This document shows positions 17,858 to 21,831 of a stretch of 21,831 nt of DNA, in pieces. Below the pieces are notes generated by a model that worked only from the letters and a program-made list of their open reading frames with translations, was not told the DNA's origin and ran no database searches. Numbering within the stretch: the stretch's first letter is position 1; every line of letters starts with the position of its first letter. Origin of the DNA: a virus (lineage: Duplodnaviria; Heunggongvirae; Uroviricota; Caudoviricetes); the IMG/VR virus record IMGVR_UViG_3300042259_000129. One strand, 5' to 3'. The position numbers were made by a program, and so were the translations under genes.

Positions 17858-18265
17858 ATGTTGATATTGTATGTGGACGGTGTTAAAATTTTTCATACCG
17901 GCGTAATTGAAAAGACAGATGATACTAACCTAACAATATTTTTTGAGTATGTTGTAGATGAGAATGGTATATATAGAAAATTGAAAGCACATACTGTTCC
18001 AAAGTGGTTTTTATCTGGAACATATAGGGGATACTTAAAGTGTATGGGCCACATTTACGAATGGAGAAATGAGGGTATGACCACTATCAAATTGGAAGTC
18101 GAAAGTTGTCTTCAGTGTCCTAAAGTTAAAAAATCTGTAACAGTTAATGCTGGGTGTGCGTATGATTATACATGCACAGTTAATAATAAACTTATTACTG
18201 GTTATGTAGAATATGAAAGCGAAGAACCTAAAGAAGTACCTGAATGGTGCCCTTTAAAAATTTAA
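17858..18265 (+). CDS. Hypothetical protein, 135 aa, with a Cys-rich C-terminus
   Basis: AGAGG upstream. SCLQCP...CAYDYTC...PEWCPL. Confidence 0.7.
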   Translation: MLILYVDGVKIFHTGVIEKTDDTNLTIFFEYVVDENGIYRKLKAHTVPKWFLSGTYRGYLKCMGHIYEWRNEGMTTIKLEVESCLQCPKVKKSVTVNAGCAYDYTCTVNNKLITGYVEYESEEPKEVPEWCPLKI

Positions 18266-18275
18266 TATTGAATAT

Positions 18276-18347
18276 TCCGGGATAGCTCAGTGGCAGAGCA
18301 AGCGGCTGTTAACCGCTCGGTCGTAGGTTCAACCCCTACTCCCGGAG
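18276..18347 (+). tRNA. trnN: tRNA-Asn(GTT), CCA not encoded
   Basis: Acceptor TCCGGGA/TCCCGGA, anticodon stem GCGGC..., loop CTGTTAA, T-loop TTCAACC; followed by G-CAA. Confidence 0.93.
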
Positions 18348-18356
18348 CAAAAACAT

Positions 18357-18432
18357 GGGGCCATAGCTCAACTGGGAGAGCACCTGCCTTGCACGCAGGG
18401 GGTTAGGAGTTCAAGTCTCCCTGGCTCCACCA
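18357..18432 (+). tRNA. trnA: tRNA-Ala(TGC)
   Basis: GGGGCCA/TGGCTCC with G3:U70, loop TTTGCAC-type (CTTGCAC), CCA encoded. Confidence 0.95.
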
Positions 18433-18440
18433 AAAAGTTT

Positions 18441-18473
18441 TTTGTTTACAATCTGTTTAAAGGAGAGTATAAT
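18441..18473 (+). promoter_or_regulatory. Early/sigma70-like promoter TTTACA-17-TATAAT
   Basis: TTTACA at 18445-18450 and TATAAT at 18468-18473. Confidence 0.65.
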
Positions 18474-18678
18474 GTCTAAGAATACTGTTGATCTTTATCT
18501 CAAAAATGGTTACATTCTTACTGCAGAATATGATGAAGATACATATTTTGAACTTTATGATAATTGGTATTCTGGTAAAGCAAAGATTTTACAGTTTGAG
18601 AATTGCTCAGTAAGGGCTGAAGATATTTCAGCAATTGAATGGGAACAGATTCCATTCTGTGAAGAAGTTGGAGAATAG
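18472..18678 (+). CDS. Hypothetical protein, 68 aa
   Basis: AAGGAG precedes ATG 18472, a better start than the track's TTG at 18442. Confidence 0.65.
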   Translation: MSKNTVDLYLKNGYILTAEYDEDTYFELYDNWYSGKAKILQFENCSVRAEDISAIEWEQIPFCEEVGE

Positions 18679-18721
18679 TTTTTGTTTACAACATGGTTAA
18701 TCCTTGATAAGAAGTAGATAT

Positions 18722-18808
18722 GGCCTCGTGCTGGAATAGGAAGACAACGAAAACTCAAAATTTTCGGCAGGAAAAAACTGCGTGTAGGTTCGAACCCTAC
18801 CGGGGCCA
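18722..18808 (+). tRNA. trnL: tRNA-Leu(CAA), long variable arm, CCA not encoded
   Basis: GGCCTCG/CGGGGCC, stem GAAAA/TTTTC around CTCAAAA, T-loop TTCGAAC. Confidence 0.9.
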
Positions 18809-18843
18809 CATTTTAGTTGAAACGCAATTTACTTTTTTAAAAA

Positions 18844-18890
18844 TATAAATAGATATTTAGGTTCAAACAAAGGAGAATATATCTATTATG
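18844..18890 (+). promoter_or_regulatory. Late promoter and start-region hairpin of the third endonuclease
   Basis: TATAAATA at 18844-51. AATAGATAT (18848-56) pairs with ATATCTATT (18879-87) just before ATG 18888, and AGGAG is in the loop. Confidence 0.6.
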
Positions 18891-19883
18891 AAATGTGAAT
18901 ATGGGTGCGGCCAAGAAGCTAAATATAAATTTAAAAATGGAAAATGATGTTGCTCAAAAAAATTTTCACAATGTCCTAATTATAGAAAAAAGAAATCAAT
19001 CTCGTTAAAAAGAGAACACAGAGAAGGCAAAAGAAGTTATTCTCAACTTGATGGAAAAAGAGAATGAAATAAGGGTTTAACAAAAGAAACAGATGAAAGA
19101 GTTGCTAAAGGTGCAGAAACATATATAAAAAGATATAATGCGGGAGAAATAAAACACCCACTAAAAGGAAAACACCTCTCTAAAGAACATAGAGAATCTA
19201 TTTCAAAAGGTAGAATAAAAAATCTAGAAGAATCTTCAAATTCTGGATTTGTTAAAACAAAATATTATAAAATATATTGTCCCTATATAGAAGATTATGT
19301 TAATGTACAAGGTACATGGGAGTTTAAGTATGCAGAATATCTTAATAAACAAAATATAAAGTGGGTCCATTCAAGAAAATACATATTAAAATATTTTAAT
19401 AAAATAGAAAGACACTACTTTCCAGATTTTTATTTACCTGATTTGGATGAATACCATGAAGTTAAAGGATGATTCATGAATTCAGATAAAGAGAAAATGA
19501 AGTACGTTATACAATATAATAGAGATAAAAAAATACGCATTTTACAAAAGAAACAATTAGAAAGATTGGGAATAGATTTAAATAGTTGTGTTGAATCTGA
19601 CGTTCATAGAAATAGAAATATCAAAAAAGAAAAAATAAAAATTTTAAAACACACAATAACATGAATACATGATAAAGCTACAGTTCTAAAATTAGGGAAC
19701 TTTAATAATAATTTAATAATCGAAAGAAGAGAACTATTAGATAAATCTGGAATAGATTTGACGAAATATGGTTGGGTAGATAAAGTTTCCAAATTATGAA
19801 ATTGTTCCCATACACAAGTCAAAAGGTATATGAATAAGTATTTAAAAGAATACGAGGTATATAGAAGAAAAACACAAATCTAG
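18888..19883 (+). mobile_element. Free-standing PD-(D/E)xK homing-type endonuclease inside the tRNA cluster, 331 aa; 5 TGA
   Basis: MKCEYGCGQEAKYKFKNGK(W)CCSK...QCP, (W)NKGLTKETDERV, KGKHLSKEHRESIS, QGTWEFKYAEYL, YFPDFYLPDLDEYHEVKG(W); TAG at 19881-19883. Confidence 0.82.
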
Positions 19884-19948
19884 TAGAAATATAAGCGGTG
19901 GAAGTCTAAAACGCTACTGGACGTAGGCCAGTATTTTCTACTTATTAC

Positions 19949-20023
19949 GCCTCTATAGTTTAACTGGAAAAACGAGGGATTTGTAACCCCTAGTTCACGG
20001 GTCAGTTCCGTGTGGAGGCTCCA
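19949..20023 (+). tRNA. trnT: tRNA-Thr(TGT), atypical T-loop
   Basis: GCCTCTA/TGGAGGC, loop TTTGTAA, T-stem CACGG/CCGTG around GTCAGTT, CCA encoded. Confidence 0.75.
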
Positions 20024-20025
20024 AT

Positions 20026-20101
20026 GTATCTATAGCATAATGGTTAGTGCACCGGACTTTCAATCCGGATTATGTCAGTTCGACCCTGACTAGATACACC
20101 A
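20026..20101 (+). tRNA. trnE: tRNA-Glu(TTC)
   Basis: GTATCTA/TAGATAC, stem CCGGA/TCCGG around CTTTCAA, CCA encoded. Confidence 0.88.
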
Positions 20102-20105
20102 ATTT

Positions 20106-20183
20106 ACCCTTGTAGTCCAACTGGAAGGAGACAGCAGCCTTAGAAGCTGAACAGTGTAGGTTCGAATCCTACCGGGGGTACCA
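20106..20183 (+). tRNA. trnL: tRNA-Leu(TAG) with a short variable loop
   Basis: ACCCTTG/CGGGGGT, loop CTTAGAA, 5-nt variable region, T-loop TTCGAAT, CCA encoded. Confidence 0.82.
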
Positions 20184-20203
20184 AATTTTTATGGATGGTC
20201 AAT

Positions 20204-20277
20204 CAGAGTGTAATGTAGTGGTTGCATCCGTGCCTTGGACGCACGTAGTGGAAGTTCGATTCTTCCCACTCTGACCA
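20204..20277 (+). tRNA. trnP: tRNA-Pro(TGG)
   Basis: CAGAGTG/CACTCTG, stem CGTGC/GCACG around CTTGGAC, CCA encoded. Confidence 0.92.
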
Positions 20278-20280
20278 AAA

Positions 20281-20352
20281 GCGGTTATCATATAATGGTT
20301 ATTATCTCAGTCTTCCAAACTGGAGATGTCGGTTCAATTCCGACTAACCGCT
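20281..20352 (+). tRNA. trnG: tRNA-Gly(TCC), CCA not encoded
   Basis: GCGGTTA/TAACCGC, loop CTTCCAA, T-loop TTCAATT; followed by T-CAA. Confidence 0.9.
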
Positions 20353-20361
20353 CAAAAATAA

Positions 20362-20396
20362 TTTGTTTACATGTTCTTTGACCTAACTTATAAATA
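20362..20396 (+). promoter_or_regulatory. Composite early and late promoter of the small ORF, RNA array and large protein unit
   Basis: TTTACA (20366-71), 17 nt, TATAAA; overlapping TATAAATA at 20389-20396. Confidence 0.65.
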
Positions 20397-20430
20397 ATTT
20401 ATCAACAAACAATAAACCAGGAAAATAAAA

Positions 20431-20574
20431 ATGATCACTATGTGGATTGTTAGAACTGAAACAGAGAGTTTCCCCTATTATTCATATGAAAAAGCTCTTG
20501 AAAACATGGAAGAAAATGATTCTATTGAATGTGTAGTTCTTAATGACCCAGGTGAAATTGAAATTTATCTTTAA
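20431..20574 (+). CDS. Small acidic hypothetical protein, 47 aa
   Basis: AGGA upstream. MITMWIVRTETESFPYYSYEKALENMEENDSIECVVLNDPGEIEIYL, TAA. Confidence 0.55.
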   Translation: MITMWIVRTETESFPYYSYEKALENMEENDSIECVVLNDPGEIEIYL

Positions 20575-20575
20575 A

Positions 20576-20793
20576 TTTTAGGCTATGAATTTACTTCCTC
20601 CCAAAGGAACAAACCGTTAATTTGTAAATAGTAAATTCAATTTCCTAATGTCAGTAGGCTATAGTAAAACTTCCTTCTTATTAAGGATCACTACATAAAA
20701 ATAGTTTTGCTGCTTTCCTACATTTTATATGGCTATGGGTAAAGTTCCTTCTAATTAATTATGAAATAAAAAATACTTTACCCAATTTCCATT
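20576..20793 (+). ncRNA. Array of three tandem structured RNA units (GGCTA - 10-bp stem - TCCTYC - variable loop - stem' - N - TTTCC)
   Basis: Units start at 20581, 20657 and 20731. Each has a different 10-nt 5' arm matched by its own 3' arm in identical register. Confidence 0.75.
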
Positions 20794-20813
20794 CTTAATT
20801 TTGTGAGGTAAAA

Positions 20814-21831
20814 ATGTCTGATCTATTTCTTTCTGCTATTAAATACAAAATGGTAGTTTGCCCTGCAATCACAAATCTTCGCACTCAAAAACGAACATAT
20901 CTTTATAATCCAACAGATTTTCAAGTAGCTCATACATTTGCATCTATGATGATGGAATATGGTTATATTCCCTCTCGTCAGATGTTTGATGATCTAATGT
21001 CTATGGATGATTATCAAATTGCTCAGATTTTTGATAATCTTCAAACTGCTCTTGAAACTATCACTTCAAAGAAACTTATTCAAAATGCTAGGGTGTTTTA
21101 TGAGAATTTTCCTAATGTTCCATTTTCTCTTTTTGAGCAAAGACTATTAGCTATTTCTCATTATTATTCTAGAGGTTCTTTCTTCCCTGATGATATCAAA
21201 ATCACACAAAAACAAAAAAGGGAAATCCGAATCGATGAAAATTTCAAATTTACTGAGTTGTCATTTGCTTCTATAAATGATGTTAAAGAGCTTGTTTTTG
21301 ATAAGCTGCTTTGTTCCAAGAATTCACTACCTGTAGATGATATTGAATTTATTAAACTTTCTGTTCCTCTTCTTTTTGATGAGCATGATGTGGATCGTTT
21401 ACCTAATATTTTAGATAGTATTATCCATAAGGAACATCTAGCTATTTTTGTTTCTATAATCTTCAAGCATTTTGGAAGTTCAGTACATATCAAAAATGCT
21501 TTTATTTCTGGAAAGAGATATTCTGTAACAGATGTTCTTAGAATTGCTACTGCTCTTTCAGGGGGAGATATTTCTCTTGCAGAAAATACAAAATTTAAAT
21601 TAAATAGACCAGAAAGAAAATTTATTGTTGAGCTTTTGGACTCTACAAATCTTTCTTTTGATGATCTTCTTATTCATAAAAACAAATGGGTAAAACTTTT
21701 CCACTGTATCCATATTGGGGAATTCTCCCCAAAACTATTCAAATGGTCTAAAGTAGTTAGAGAAAAGTTCAAAGTTAGAACTTTTAATAATGTAACAGAA
21801 TCTTTGTTTAATTCATATATTGAGTATAAAG
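20814..21831 (+). CDS. Large, probably alpha-helical protein of unknown function (5' part; runs off the right edge)
   Basis: GAGGT precedes ATG 20814 and the frame is open to the window end (339 codons). Motifs FYENFP, KLLCSKNSL and TDVLRIATALSGGDISLAENTKFK...KWVKLFHCIHIGE. From memory this motif set occurs in large phages and near Ter stress loci, which is unverified. Confidence 0.8.
   Translation, partial: MSDLFLSAIKYKMVVCPAITNLRTQKRTYLYNPTDFQVAHTFASMMMEYGYIPSRQMFDDLMSMDDYQIAQIFDNLQTALETITSKKLIQNARVFYENFPNVPFSLFEQRLLAISHYYSRGSFFPDDIKITQKQKREIRIDENFKFTELSFASINDVKELVFDKLLCSKNSLPVDDIEFIKLSVPLLFDEHDVDRLPNILDSIIHKEHLAIFVSIIFKHFGSSVHIKNAFISGKRYSVTDVLRIATALSGGDISLAENTKFKLNRPERKFIVELLDSTNLSFDDLLIHKNKWVKLFHCIHIGEFSPKLFKWSKVVREKFKVRTFNNVTESLFNSYIEYK

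Noticed and set aside
19884-19948. Theta (HDV-like) ribozyme or fluoride riboswitch identity for the junction element
   Set aside because: The nested double-pseudoknot pattern and the required conserved motifs could not be fitted, and the element lies 5' rather than 3' of the adjacent tRNA.
20026-20101. Possible opal-suppressor tRNA (TCA) because the loop contains TTCA
   Set aside because: The 5-bp stem CCGGA/TCCGG fixes the loop as CTTTCAA, which gives anticodon TTC (Glu).
20581-20790. Mini-CRISPR array interpretation of the three repeats
   Set aside because: The conserved blocks are only 5-6 nt, the variable parts pair with each other within each unit, and no cas gene is in the window.
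480-21493. Short antisense or alternate-frame ORFs in the track (480, 3357, 4104, 4364, 5225, 5602, 5765, 8858, 9300, 9365, 9758, 11223, 13101, 13698, 13883, 15625, 17168, 17406, 18555, 19604, 21164)
   Set aside because: Each overlaps a well-supported gene or tRNA and has the low-complexity composition expected of shadow frames.

Overview
AT-rich fragment of a large T4-like (gp17/gp20/gp23-family) phage genome in which TGA is read as Trp (code 4), so the supplied ORF track cuts many real genes into pieces. From left to right it holds: a head module on the minus strand (portal 5' part, a small head-associated ORF, a gp23/gp24-family capsid paralogue); a terminase large subunit with one cis mini-intein and a second, split intein whose N-fragment is fused in frame to a GIY-YIG endonuclease; a free-standing degenerate intein-like (Hint) gene; a roughly 550-600 nt multi-hairpin non-coding region with its own promoters; a TGG-only block of small genes; nrdG-nrdD; an EDxHD/Vsr-like homing endonuclease; a GNAT acetyltransferase; a CCA-adding enzyme; a transglutaminase-like Cys protease; eight tRNAs interrupted by a PD-(D/E)xK endonuclease; and three tandem covarying RNA hairpin units directly upstream of a large protein that runs off the window. 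The best candidates for undescribed biology are the 3x RNA array with its partner gene, the fractured terL with its neighbouring degenerate Hint gene, and the large ncRNA. All calls come from manual reading, and no database searches were run.
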